Origin: Mobula birostris
Lineage: Eukaryota
Reading direction: 5' to 3'
DNA: 64,000 nucleotides
Assembly: GCF_030028105.1 (NCBI RefSeq)
Contig: NC_092375.1
Location: 167,027,415-167,091,414 of the forward strand
In this document: one piece after another, positions 52,151 to 64,000 of the stretch
Layout of the letters: every line of letters begins with the position of its first letter
How positions within the stretch are numbered: the stretch's first letter is position 1
Position numbers and translations under genes: made by a program
The notes under the pieces: model-generated
The model's input: the letters and a program-made list of their open reading frames with translations, nothing else
The model's database searches: none
Told to the model about the DNA's origin: nothing

Positions 52151-53396
52151 GGGTGTACTTTACTCTTCACAGTATGCTCTAACGTTGTTCACCAGTCTTC
52201 TGTGGGCAATGTTTTCTCTAATTTTTAGTAGTCAGTGTGCGCAAAAATCTTATGTTGTGCAAATTTTTTTCCTGTGACAGAAGTATGTGCACACTGAATG
52301 CGCACATAGCACAGTTTATGTAGGTTTACAAAATATTTAACATAAAACTGCACAGAATAACAACAAAATAACATACATATTTAAGTCACTCAGTTATTTT
52401 TTTCTCTCTGCTGTCTTTGGCATTTACCCATTCTTTGTAAACTCTACCTAGGCTAACAGAACTTCCATTCAGTTGATAGCTTTTGATTCTCATTAACATA
52501 TCCAAATGACATTCGCCTAAACAGTTTCTCAGGTTGTTTTTGAGTTGATTCATTAGGCTAAAACCTTGCTCACAGTCCGCACTAGACGCAAGAAAGGTTC
52601 CCCCAATGTCCATCAACTGTGCAAGGTCGCAAAACTGTTCATTTTGAAGTTCAAATGCCACCATTTGAGCAAAGTTTGAAATCAGTTTAGATTTAATTTT
52701 TTCTTCCATGGAAAATCTGAAATCATTAAACTGTCTAACTATTACAGTATTTTCAGCTAAAAGATCATGAAATTTTAGACATAAGACATTAACTTGTTCA
52801 TCGCCAAATGTGAAGTCACAATCTGTAATTGCGGAGAAATCAAAAGCTGACCATTCTTGTGCCTCATCTTCAGGAAACCTTTTTTTCTAAATGAACACAA
52901 AGACTATATAAAAGTCAACAGCGAACTTGCAATTTACTTGCCAAATGATGCTTCAAAAAGTCAAGTTTCCAAATATCATCCCACTTTCCACTAGCAAATT
53001 CTCCAGCAACTTTCGCATAACGATATGAACAGATAACTCCAGTTTCCGAATCATACATAAATATTTCTCATAGCTGAATGTTCGTGGCCTCATGAGTTTT
53101 CAGTGTAGCAGTTTCCACTATTTTGTTAAGCCATTCAACTTTAAACAAATTTGCAGTTCTTTTGTGCTTCACACCATTTGCTTCTTTTGAATTCGACATA
53201 GTAAATCAATATTTTTTATAATAAAAACTTAGTAAGCTATCTACAGGATTTGAAACAGATCTTTGTAAACTTTAGGATATGAACACTGTCCGCCAAACAT
53301 GGCTGCCGCCGTGATGCAGTTGTACAAACCGGAACAGGAGAGGTGAGGTGACGTAAATTAATGACGTGTATTGTGGTATTTGAAAACCGACTAACT

Positions 53397-56300
53397 GAAA
53401 GCTGTACTGAGAGGGAAAATTATTTCCATTACCACTCACATGAAAAAAATCAATGCACAAAAATTAGCAGACCTTCAAGGAAAATTAAAACAACTTCAAG
53501 TTGTAGAGAGCAACAAAAGTAATTCAAATCGAAAACAGGAAATTAGGAAATTGCAAAGTGAAATTGATGATATTTATACGTTGGAAACTCAAAGAAGTTT
53601 TCTTTACCTGAGACAAAAGAATTATGAAGTAGGAGGTAAATCAGCTAGATTATTAGCATATAAATTACGAAAACAACAAGCAGACAATACAATTCATAAA
53701 ATAAAGAATCCAAAGACAAAGCTTGTGGAGAGTACAATAGGGAAAATTCAAGAGAGTTTTGAAACATATTATCGAGAGCTGTACTCCCAACCCCGGGCCC
53801 CCAATGAGCCCTATATAGACAGTGTATTGAATTTTTTAGATCTACCTAAATTTACAGATTTACAAAATGAAAGTTTATTAGAACCAGTAACTGTCAAAGA
53901 ACTGAACGTGGCCATCTCTAGGTTAAAGGCTGGAAAGTCCCCGGGTTCTGATGGGTTTACCTCAGAGTGGTACAAGTCCCTGAAGACACAGTTAGCCCCA
54001 TTACTACTTAACACCTTTAATTGGATCTTGCAGAGAGGAGAAACTCCACCTTCCTGGAGAGAAGCGATTATTTCAGTTATTCCTAAAGAGGGTAAAGATA
54101 AACTAGAATGTTGCAATTATTGGCCAATTAGTGTTCTTAACTTAGATTACAAACTATTTACATCTATATTAGCGCGCAGATTGGAAAAGCTTTTACCTGG
54201 CCTAATCCACTTAGACCAGACTGGATTTATTCAACAAAGACAAACACAGGACAACATAAGGAGAACTCTGCACATATTAGAACAGGTTAATAAGAACGAG
54301 ACAGAGACAATGGTAGTAGGATTGGACGCTGAGAAAGCTTTTGATTCGGTTAGTTGGGCATTCCTATACAGAGTGTTAGGAAGATTCGGCTTTCAAGAAA
54401 AGTTTATTAAAGTAATTCAGACTCTATATGACAGCCCTACAGCCCGAATTAAGATAAATGGGGACCTCTCTGACTCCTTCATCTTAGAGAGAGGCACTAG
54501 ACAGGGATGCCCAATTTCTCCTCTCCTTTTTGCGCTATATATTGAACTGCTTGCCCAACTAATAAGACAGAGCGAAATCGTAAAAGGTATCAAGGTGGCA
54601 GGGATTGAACAGAAAGTGGCGTTATTCGCAGATGATGTTTTGGTCTATCTGAGTGAACCAGAAAAATCATTTATAGGATTGTTTACACTGTTGGATGACT
54701 TTGGGAAAGTATCAGGTTATAAAATAAATGTAAAGAAAACGCAGGTTATGTCCCTAAATTATACACCATCCAAAAAATTGCAGGATACATATGATCTTAA
54801 GAGAAGCTAAATCATTAAAATATTTAGGAATAACCCTGCCGAAGGATCTTTCAACACTGTCACAGGTAAATTATGGGCCATTAATCTCAGAGATAAAAGC
54901 AGATATGCATAGATGGAATCTTATCCCCTTTTTAAGTTTAAATTCAAGGATAAATACTATAAAAATGAATATTCTTCCTCGGTTATTGTATCTTTTCCGT
55001 ACTTTACCGGTGGAGGTGGATGATAATCAATTCAGGGAATGGGACAAATGGATTTCCTGCTTCATTTGGCAAGGAAAGAAACCTAGAATTCGATATAACA
55101 CCTTACAGTTAGGGAAGGAAGGAGGAGGTATGGTTCTTCCTTGCCTGAGAAATTATTTTTATGCCTCACAGATAACCCCTCTGTTATATTGGTGTAATAG
55201 GGAATATAAGGCTAGATGGAAGGAAATAGAATTTGGATTAGTTGACAGTTTTCCTCTTCAGGCCTCAATAGCTGACAAAGGATTGATGGCCCAGTTGGAA
55301 AAATCTAAAAACGCTTGGATAAATCTTACATTAAAAGTATGGCAGAAGGTGGTTAATTCATGTGGAATTAATAACATGTTAAAACTCTTTAGATGGTGTG
55401 CATATGATACCGAATTCCTTCCCAACAGAGGAGATAAAAGATTTGAGCTATGGATAAAGAAAGGTCTTACAACCTACCTCTCATTTATAGATAAAAGGGT
55501 ATTACAAAGTTTCCAAATCCTGCAGGACAAACATGGCCTAGAACATAATGACTTTTTTAGGTACCTTCAAATATGAAACTATGTTAACCAGAGTTGTAGA
55601 TATACAGACATATCAACAGTAGAATTAGAATTTTTCAAGATTCTGAATTCGGCTTGCAGTTCAATACCTAGTAAATCAGTTTCTGGATTATATAATGCAC
55701 TCTCCCATGCTAAAAATGTAAATACACTGTATATTAAAGAGAAGTGGGAGAAAGAAGCGGGGTTGGTACTTTCAGAGGAGGCTTGGGGGAAAATCTGCAG
55801 CTTTCAATGGTCCTCGACTAATTCTTTGACTTGGAGAGAACATTGTTGGAATAACATTATAAGATACTTCAAGACCCCATATCAGGAAAAATATAAAGAT
55901 ACAAATGTGATGTGTTGGAGAAGGTGCGGCTCCAAGGAGGTAAATCATTTTCATATTTTTTGGGATTGCCCTAAATTAAGTCTATTTTGGGAAGGTATTC
56001 ATTGAACATTAGTTAAGGTACTTAGGTCCCAGATACCTCTGAACTTTGAGATGCTCTATTTGGGGCATGTATTGTTTCTTGAACAGAAGGAAGATATAAA
56101 GTTGCTGCAGGCCCTCTTAGCGGCAAGTAAGAAATCAATCACTAGAAAATGGCTATATCCAATACCACCTACATTAGAAGATTGGTACGAAATTATCTTG
56201 GAAATATTTAAAATGGAAAAGTTGACTTACTCCCTGAGAACTCAAAAAGAAAAATTTTATCAAATCTGGAATAAATGGATTGAATATATAACCCCAATGC

Positions 56301-57032
56301 GAGCAGACTTTAGATGACTCTCCTAATGATTTATACTGCTCTTCTCATCAACACAGTAATATTGCTAACGTAAGCACCCCTAGTCTAAATGTTTGTTTTT
56401 TTTGTTTTGTTTTGGAAAATAGAGAATTAACACAAGTAAAGGGAAAGATTTGGGAAAGGGATTAAAAAAAATGAAAAAATTAAGTAAATAAGTACATAGG
56501 GATTGGATAATTATGTCTGTGGGCAGGAGCAAGCATGAACAAATTAGGATATAAACACCTACAATGGTTGATACGTAGGCTTATATACAACATTTTGGAC
56601 CAGTGGAAATGGTCCGGAAGGGTTATATGGAAACTATTATTACCATTTTTCTTAACAACTAATTCCATTACTTAGCCTAATAGGTTAGATTTACCACAGT
56701 ACATAATTACCTATTTAAATGTTTATTGTCCTTTTATATCATCTCAATGTGTACTTAAGAATGTATAAATAATTGTAGTTTTACACATATAAAAAAATGG
56801 AAAAGGTAAAAGGTAAAAAAAAAAAGAGATTGGACAATGCTTTGCTAATTTTTGAACACAATTTCTACTTTAGCTTTGATTATATAATTCACTTCATAAG
56901 GATCAAAAACAGGTTATATCACTGTCTCATATGATGTAAAATTTGTTGTTTTGCAGCAGCTGTACAGTGGAAAGAAATACATTCCTATAAATTGTGAAAT
57001 AAGTAAATACTGCTGATCTGGCAAAGAAAAAA
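53397..57032 (+). mobile_element. 5'-truncated L1-clade LINE with a disrupted ORF2 (reverse transcriptase)
   Basis: ORFs 53440-54810, 54791-55576, 55763-56005 and 56051-56317 carry PGSDGF, LDAEKAFD, GTRQGCPISPLLF, FADD and a C-terminal CWRRC..HIFWDCP. A-rich tail at about 56790-56825. A 15-bp TSD GAAAACCGACTAACT lies at 53382-53396 and 57033-57047. Confidence 0.92.
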
Positions 57033-57056
57033 GAAAACCGACTAACTAGTTAACAG

Positions 57057-57229
57057 CAACACACATAGAAGTTGCTGGTAAACGCAGCAGGCCAGGCAGC
57101 ATTTCTAGGAAGAGGTACAGTTGACGTTTCGGGCCGAGCTCCTTCGTCAGGACTGCCTGGCCTGCTGCGTTCACCAGCAACTTTTATGTGTGTTGCTTGA
57201 AATTCCAGCATCTGCAGATTTCCTTGTGT
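57057..57229. mobile_element. Penelope-derived short inverted-repeat element with a hammerhead motif (57118-57155, minus strand)
   Basis: Inverted arms and a one-sided tail of about 33 nt, with a 14-bp TSD TAACTAGTTAACAG (57043-57056 and 57230-57243). The minus strand reads CAGUC-CUGACGA-...-GAAAC-GUC-AACUG. Confidence 0.85.
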
Positions 57230-57789
57230 TAACTAGTTAACAGAAACAGTTAGCTAAAAGATTATTTTCAATAAGTATAATTATTAATTATTAATTACTA
57301 TATTATTTTAGTAACCTTTTGTGTGCACATTAATTTCCTTTGTGTGCTGGTTGAAAAATGTGTGCACACTTGCACAGCTTAGAGAGAACATGGTCTGTGG
57401 GACTTTTTAAAAAAACAACAAATTCTTCAAGTACAAGCAGCATCACATATATCAATTCCATTTCATTTACTCTATTAGGTGCATAGTCAACAAACTAAGA
57501 TAGATGACCCACTGATAGCTGAAATCATGTTTGTGCTGTTAAATTTCAGCTGGCTTAGTAGGTCGAGTACCATAATGTGTTTCCGTAAGTGTTTTTATTT
57601 CAGATTTTCAGCATCCGCCATGTTTTTCTTGTGTTCTGTTAGTGGTGACTAGTTTTCAACAAACATTTAAAAAAATAATTTCATATGACAGTGTTTTAAT
57701 AAAGGATGACATAAGTGTTTTTTTTAAAAAAAAACATTCTTGAGAGATCACCTAATGAGCCCATTTGGATAGAACTTAGAAATCAGAAG

Positions 57790-60700
57790 AGGATGGTTAT
57801 CTTGGTAAAGCTATATCAGCAAGAGTTGGAGGAGCAGATGTATTGAGAAATTACATATATTTGTGTAAATAGTAGGGTAGTACTAGCAGGAGATTTCAAT
57901 TTTCTCAGTATTGACTGGACCATCCAAAGTGCAAAGAAACTTGATGGTATGGAATTGTGTGGTGCATCCAAGAAAGCATGCAGGCAGTGTCAAGAGGTTC
58001 AGTTGTTGTTCAGACCAAATATCAGAAATGTGATCCAAGTGACTTTGACTATGAAATAATTGTTAGTGACATATGGGCTAGTTTGAGTATCTCTGAAACT
58101 GCTGATTTCCTGGGATTTTCACACACAGTGTCTAGAGTTTACAGAAAGTGGTGCAAAAAACAAACAATACCCAGTGAGCAGCAGTTCTGTGGGCGAAAAC
58201 TCCTTGTTAACAAGAGAGATCAGAGGAGAATGGCTAACGTGTCACAACAGTGGTGTGCAGAAGAGAATCTCTGAATGCACAATATGTCACACCTTGAAGT
58301 GGATGGGCTACGATAACAGAAGACCGTGAACATACAGTCAATTGCCACTTTATTAGGTAACTTATGTAACTAATAGCATGTCCACTGAGTGTGTAGAGGA
58401 ACCTACTTGTGTTTAGGCAGCTGGGTACAATTTAATCCCTCAACAAAGATAGAATTTTAAGACCAGCCTTGAGTGGAAATCAGGAGGGCAAAAAGACGAT
58501 ATGAAATGGATTTGACAGGCAGGGTTAAAGGTTATGTTAACAGTAAAAGGGTGACTTAGCTTCAGGAGTTTTTTGTTTTAAATATCTCTCTCCAACTAAG
58601 GAGAATATCATGAGTGCTAAAGAAGTGAGGGTAATGCATTGTGAGGTCTCTGATATGCATATTGCAAAGGAGGAGGCATTTGCAACCTGGAAGCACATTA
58701 ACATGGGCAAATACTCAGACAGACCAAGGGCACTCCCAGATCTTATAGGAAGTCAGGGAAGAAATCGTGGAAGCCCTTTTAGATATGTGTGGTTTGCAAT
58801 TAGGCACTCAGGAAGTTCCAGAAGACTGGAAGGTAGCTAATGTTCTTCCATTGTTCAAGAAGGGTAGTAAGGACAAACTAGAGAACTATAAACCAATGAG
58901 CCTAATTTCTGTTTAGGGAAGTTACTGGCAGGAATTCTGAGAGACAAGATCTACCATTGTAGTTGCACCACAAGGCTGTGTGCTTAGCTCCCTGCTCTAC
59001 TCACTTCACACATGACTGTCTGGCTAAGTACAGCTCTAATGCCTTTTTCAAGTCTGACAGCAGCACTGTCATAGGCCAAATCAAAGGCGATGGAACGGTA
59101 TATATGAGGAAGATTGAAAATCTGGCTAAGTGGTGCCACGACAACAACCTCTTACTCAATGTCAGCAAGACCAAGAAGCTGTTTTTGACTTCAGGAGGAG
59201 GAAACCAGAAATCCATGAGCCAGTACTCATTAGGGGCATCAAGTTGGAGAGGGTCACGGCAAATTTAAATTCCTCTGTGTTGTCATTTAGAAAGACCTCC
59301 CCGGGTCCCAGCACAAGTGTAATTACGAAGAAAGCAAGGCAGTGCCTATATTTGCTTAGGAGTTTGCGAAGATTTGGTTTGACATCTATAGAAGCTTGTC
59401 AAAGACTTGGATGTGTGGAGGAGGGTATATTGAACTGGCTGCATCATAGCCTGGTATGAAAACATCAATGCCCTTGAATGGAAAACCCTACAAAAAATAG
59501 TGGACGCCCCCTAGTTTATCAAGGGTAATGCCTTCCCCCACCTTTGAGCACATCTACATGAAGCATTGTAGCAAGAAAGCAGCATCCATCATCAGGGGCT
59601 CCCACTGACCAGGTCATGCTCCCTTCTCACTGTTACCTTCAAAAAGAAGGTATAGGAGCTTCAGGGCTCACACCACTAGGTTCAGGAATAGTTATTACCC
59701 CTCAGCCATCAGACTCTTGAGCCAATGGTGATAACTTCACTCCTCCCATCATTGAAATGTTCCCACAACATAGGCATTCACTTCTAATGACTCTTCATCT
59801 CATGTTCTCTATATTTATTGCTCCTATATCTATTTTTTTTTTCTATTTGTATTTTCACAGTTCGTTGTCTTTTGCATACTGGCTGAATGCCCAAGTTGGT
59901 GTGGTCTTTCATTGGTTCTATTATGGTTATAACTCTATTAAGGATTTATTGAGTTGACCAGCAAGAAAATGAATCTGAAATGAAAATGAATGGTGACATT
60001 GATAATAAATTTATTTGTCTAGGCTTGATCAAGATTAGCTAGCATGTTTTTGTGGGGCGTCACATCTGAAAAATCTTTAGAAGAAGTGGCTGAGGGGATT
60101 TCGAAAGGCGGGATAGAAGATGGTGTCTGTTTGGACTTAAGTAAGACCTTTGACAAGGTCTGCATGACAGGCTGATCTGGAAGGTTGGTTGCATGGGATT
60201 CCGGGGCAGCTAGCATGCTGAATTCAGAATTGCCTCCATGATGGGTAGCAGAGGGTGATGGTGGAAGGTTGATTCTCCAACTGGAGGCCTGTAATTAGTG
60301 GGGTGGTTCAGGAGTCAGTGTAGGGACCTCTGTTATTTGTGGATGTAAATGACTTGGATGTGAATGTGCATGGAATAATTAACAAGTTAGCTGATGGCAC
60401 TAAATTAGGGAAGTCTTGTTGAAGTGAAGCAGGTTGCAATGAACTGCAAAGAGAGTTTTTGAGTTATAGAGAATGGCTGAGGAATGGCAAACAGATAAGT
60501 TTGAGGGGATACATTTTTGATACTCAAATCAGGATAGGACTGGTACATTGGTAGGGAAAGGGTACTGATAAGTGTTGTGGAACAGGAACTGTTGTGGAAC
60601 TGAAAGTGGCTACACAACTCAACAGGGTCTTGAAGGCGGTTAGCATGCTGGCCTTCATCAGTCACAGCATCGAATTTAGGAGTAGGGGGTGTTACGTTAC

Positions 60701-61125
60701 AGTCATATTTATCATTGGTGAGACTACACTTGGAGTATTATGTATCGTTTTGGTCACCTTGTTATAGGAAAGATATTGTCAAGCTGGAGAGGGTGCAAAA
60801 GAGATTTACGAGGAGCGAGGATGCTGCCTGGTCTAGAGGGCTTGAGTTATAGAGGAAGAGGTTGGCTACATTGGATCTTTATTCTCTGGAGTTAAGGAGA
60901 ATGAGAGGTGACCTCATAAGTTAATAGAATTGTAAGAGGTAGACAGTCATAGTCCTTCCCCATGGCTTGGGAGTCCATAACTAGAGGATATAGATAGAAA
61001 AGGGGAAAGGTTTCTAAAGGAATCTAATAGAGGTAACTTCCTTACACAGGGTAGAGAATACCTGGAATGAACCACTAGAGGAAGTGGTTGAGGCAGGTAC
61101 AATCACAATTCTTTAAAGGCATTTG
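57790..61125 (+). mobile_element. Decayed CR1 LINE interrupted by a Tc1 fragment (about 57985-58392) and a Rex1/Babar LINE (about 58963-60016)
   Basis: CR1 motifs (PEDWKVANVLPLFKKG..ENYKPMSL, DLSKTFDKV, CR1 3' end) lie on either side of a Rex1-like segment (LAKWCHDNNLLLNVSKTK, KKARQCLYLLRSLRRF). Confidence 0.75.
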
Positions 61126-64000
61126 TCAGTCCTGGGTATGACTCTAAACTGCAACTGGTGATGAGGCTCTGATTGGGGAGTTTCAGAGCTTTGGGGAAAG
61201 TGGAGTTACCCCTTAGTCATTCATTGCTCCCAGGGCCACTCTGACCCGGAACGGTAACACCTGCAAGGGTTCCTGCTCAGGATACGAGCGAAGTCCAATG
61301 GCAGATCCAGCAGGTTCAGTAACTGAACTTATAACGGAGAAGGCGGATGAGCTATGACCTCAAGTATCAACGGCTATAATATAGGCGGATGAACATTTGG
61401 GAAGAGAAATGGTGATTTCTTTAGTTCGCCCAATGGTAGGCAATAGCAAACCACCGTTGCAATTTGCTAAGAAAACCATGGTCAAACTCACAAAATATAT
61501 CACACAACAACAGCGTCAAGAGGATCTTCAAGACAACTCTGAAGATGTTTCGCTTGGTAGGGTTGATTCTGGCCAGCAGGGGATCGCCGACTGTCATCAA
61601 GCTACTGTTCATGAAATTAAAGTAACACAAAAGAAAATTATTGCCACTTGAAATGTAAGAACCCTATATTAAGCAGGAAGATTGGACAATGTGATAAATG
61701 AAATGGAAAGACTAAAGATTAACATCACGGGAATTAACAAAGTTCCTTGGGTAGGTGCTGGAACGTGTCAGATTAGAAATAAAACACTGGTTTATTCTTG
61801 TGGAACTTCCCATACTAATGGAGTAGGAATTCTTATGGATGAAAACATGCAAAAAGTCTTTTAGGACATTGGGCAATATCAGAAAGAATACTCCTTGTTT
61901 GATTCAGAGGACAACCATTTGATTTAGCAATTATACAGGTATATGCACCAACAACAGATCGAACAAATGAAGATATAGATAAATTCTATGAAGAGCTTGA
62001 ACAAGCAAAGAATGGATGCAAATCTCAAGATATTGTTATTGTCATGGGAGATCTAAACATGAAAGTAGGACAAGGTGCTGATGGAAATACCACAGGAAAA
62101 TTTGGACTAGGGGAAAGAAATGAAAGAGGTGAGAAATGGGCAGAATGGTGCAAGATGAATAATCAGGTCATTATGAATACCTGCTTTAAAAACCATCCAA
62201 GACGCTTATGGACCTGGAAAAATCCAGGTGATAACACTAGAAATCAAATTGACTTTATTACTATAAACCAAAGATTTAGAAACTCAGTAACTCAATGCAA
62301 AACATATCCAGGTGCAGACCGTAATAGTGACCATAACCCAGCAGTATGTCATATAAAAGTAAAACTTAAAAAGCTAAAGAAGCAAATACCTGTACAATCC
62401 CTTGACTACTTGCAATTAATTAAAGAAGAAAACTTAAGACAAAAATTGACAATTGAGGTGAAGAAAAGATTTCAAAGTCTAGAAATAGAATCTGTTGAAG
62501 ATGATAGCAATCATGTAGAAATGAAATTTAACTTTCTAAAGGATGCCTTGGTAGAATCAGCAAAGTCAGTGATTCCTAAAAAAGAAAAAAGCACAAAGAA
62601 TAAATGGATGACAGATGAAATTTAAAAAAATCTAATGGAAGAAAGCAAATCCTATAGAGTACAAGTCTTTAGATAAAAAAAAGTTAAAAGCCCATGTCAA
62701 AAAGCCAAAGAAGAATGGTTAAACCAGGAATGTGAGCAAATAGAAAGAATCCCTATTACTGATTCAAAAAGGTTACATCAACAAATCAAGAATATCACTG
62801 GTAAAAAGCTCCTCTGTTCTTCAGGTGGATGTTTGAAAGCAAAGGACGGTACCATTATCATGGAAAAAGATGAGATTATGAACAGATGGACTGAGTATAT
62901 TCAGGAATTATTTGAAGACGATCGAGGTGAAAAACCAGAAATTAAGATAAACATTGAAGGTCCAAGTATTTTAAAATATGAAGTTCGTAATGCAATAAAT
63001 AAGATGAAGAAAGGAAAGGCAGCAGGTCCTGATGAATTAGTAATAGAACAAATTGTTGCCCTTGAAGATTATGGAATTGAAAAATTTACTGATTTAATCA
63101 GTGACATTTATGAGACTGGAATAATACCAGAAGAGATGAACAAATCAGTATTTATCACTCTTCCTAAGAAAGCTGGAGCAATAGAATGTGAATTACATAG
63201 GACCATAAGTTTAATGAGTCATATCACCAAGATACTTGTAAGAATTTTGATGACGAGCTAAAAGTAAGATAGAAGCTGAAATAGACGAAGAACAATGTGG
63301 TTTTGTGAAAGACAATGGTACAAGAAACGCAATATTGATGTTAAAGGCTGATTTATACTTGTGCGTATCAGCTTACGCTGTAGCCTACACAAGTGGGCTA
63401 CGCTGTTGTGAGCATTTATACTTGTACGTTGCTGTGCCTGCATTGCTCTGCAATTCACACACGTCACGCATGTGCACACACCTGCCCGTGCAAGGCTTCA
63501 TGGTCATGGTAGTCTTTTTCGGGGTAAACAAGTTTAAAGTGAGCGTCTTTTTTCGTAGAAGCAAAATGTGTTCTCCATCATTTCGGAGGTCTGTAAAGCT
63601 TTATGGAAAGCATTGCAGTCAGAGTTCCTTCCCTGCCCTTCAGTTGCCCAATGGGAAGCTATTGCAGCGTAGGAGGAAATGCGATGCTACCAAGCCGACC
63701 AATCACAGTTTTTGTAGTCTGCATTGCCGCAATGTGCAGTTACATTTTGGGAGAGGTGCGTGTCAGGCATAAAGATCAGCGTAGGCACTGCGTAGGGTTC
63801 GTGGCTGCGCCGTACCTATACAACATCAATTTAACGCACAAGTATAAATCAGTCTTAAGGATACTATCAGAATGAGCTATTCAAGTGCAAAAAAAATTTG
63901 TTTGTTTTATCGACTACACAAAAGCATTTGATGAAGTGAAGCACTAAGTTATTTGAAATATTACGGAAAGCTCTAGATCTAGATTCGAAAGACTTCCGCC
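61126..64000 (+). mobile_element. RTE-clade (BovB-like) LINE with a disrupted APE-RT ORF, running off the window
   Basis: Motifs MGDLNMKVG, WTWKNPGDNTRNQIDFI, GADRNSDH, GKAAGPDEL and CELHRTISLMSHITK, with several stops and frameshifts. Confidence 0.88.
63345..63855. mobile_element. PIF/Harbinger-type MITE inserted in the RTE element
   Basis: 22-bp TIRs AGGCTGATTTATACTTGTGCGT / ACGCACAAGTATAAATCAGTCT with a TAA TSD. Removing the element restores the RT frame AILMLRILSE. Confidence 0.85.

Larger units (their letters stand above)
52207..57393 (-). mobile_element. Internally deleted hAT transposon interrupted by L1 and Penelope insertions
   Basis: TIRs CAATGTTTTCTCTAA / TTAGAGAGAACATGG with a perfect 8-bp TSD TCTGTGGG (52199-52206 and 57394-57401). 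ORF 52386-52709 has the hAT dimerisation motif LASSADCEQGFSLMNQLKNNLRNCL. Confidence 0.88.

Noticed and set aside
53440-56317. Reverse transcriptase ORF as a domesticated gene or active element
   Set aside because: It is 5'-truncated (no endonuclease) and has a frameshift at about 54800 plus later stops, so it is an ordinary dead L1 copy.
39870-64000. Further lnpk coding exons (KPSTVEVLE..., EIQALEEFREKNQR...)
   Set aside because: None was recognised by eye. They probably lie beyond the window; a TBLASTN with LNPK would settle this.
1-64000. CRISPR arrays, tRNA or rRNA genes
   Set aside because: This is a vertebrate locus with no regularly spaced repeats. The only tRNA-like boxes belong to SINE fragments.

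Overview
Vertebrate genomic DNA, most likely from a cartilaginous fish. An intact Hox14 gene and the repeat content point to a batoid or shark; the species is an inference. The window covers the 5' end of the HoxD cluster and its flank. On the minus strand are HoxD12 (2 exons), HoxD13 (2 exons) and an intact three-exon HoxD14 with a split homeobox. On the plus strand are Evx2 (3 exons) and the promoter and first coding exon of lunapark (lnpk). From about 41 kb onward the sequence is a repeat-dense lnpk intron containing CR1, Rex1/Babar, L1, RTE, Penelope, hAT, Tc1/Tigger and Harbinger elements. The most striking unexplained structure is a family of short Penelope-derived inverted-repeat elements, several with clear target-site duplications. 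They carry minimal type I hammerhead ribozyme motifs (stem I-CUGACGA-stem II-GAAAC-GUC-stem I). One has an intact catalytic core in the sense orientation inside the intron that splits the HoxD14 homeobox. Also notable are a hAT transposon carrying nested L1 and Penelope insertions (with a probable L1 3' transduction), clustered NR6A1/NR5A-type motifs, oppositely oriented CTCF-like sites, and an unusually short Evx2-lnpk interval.
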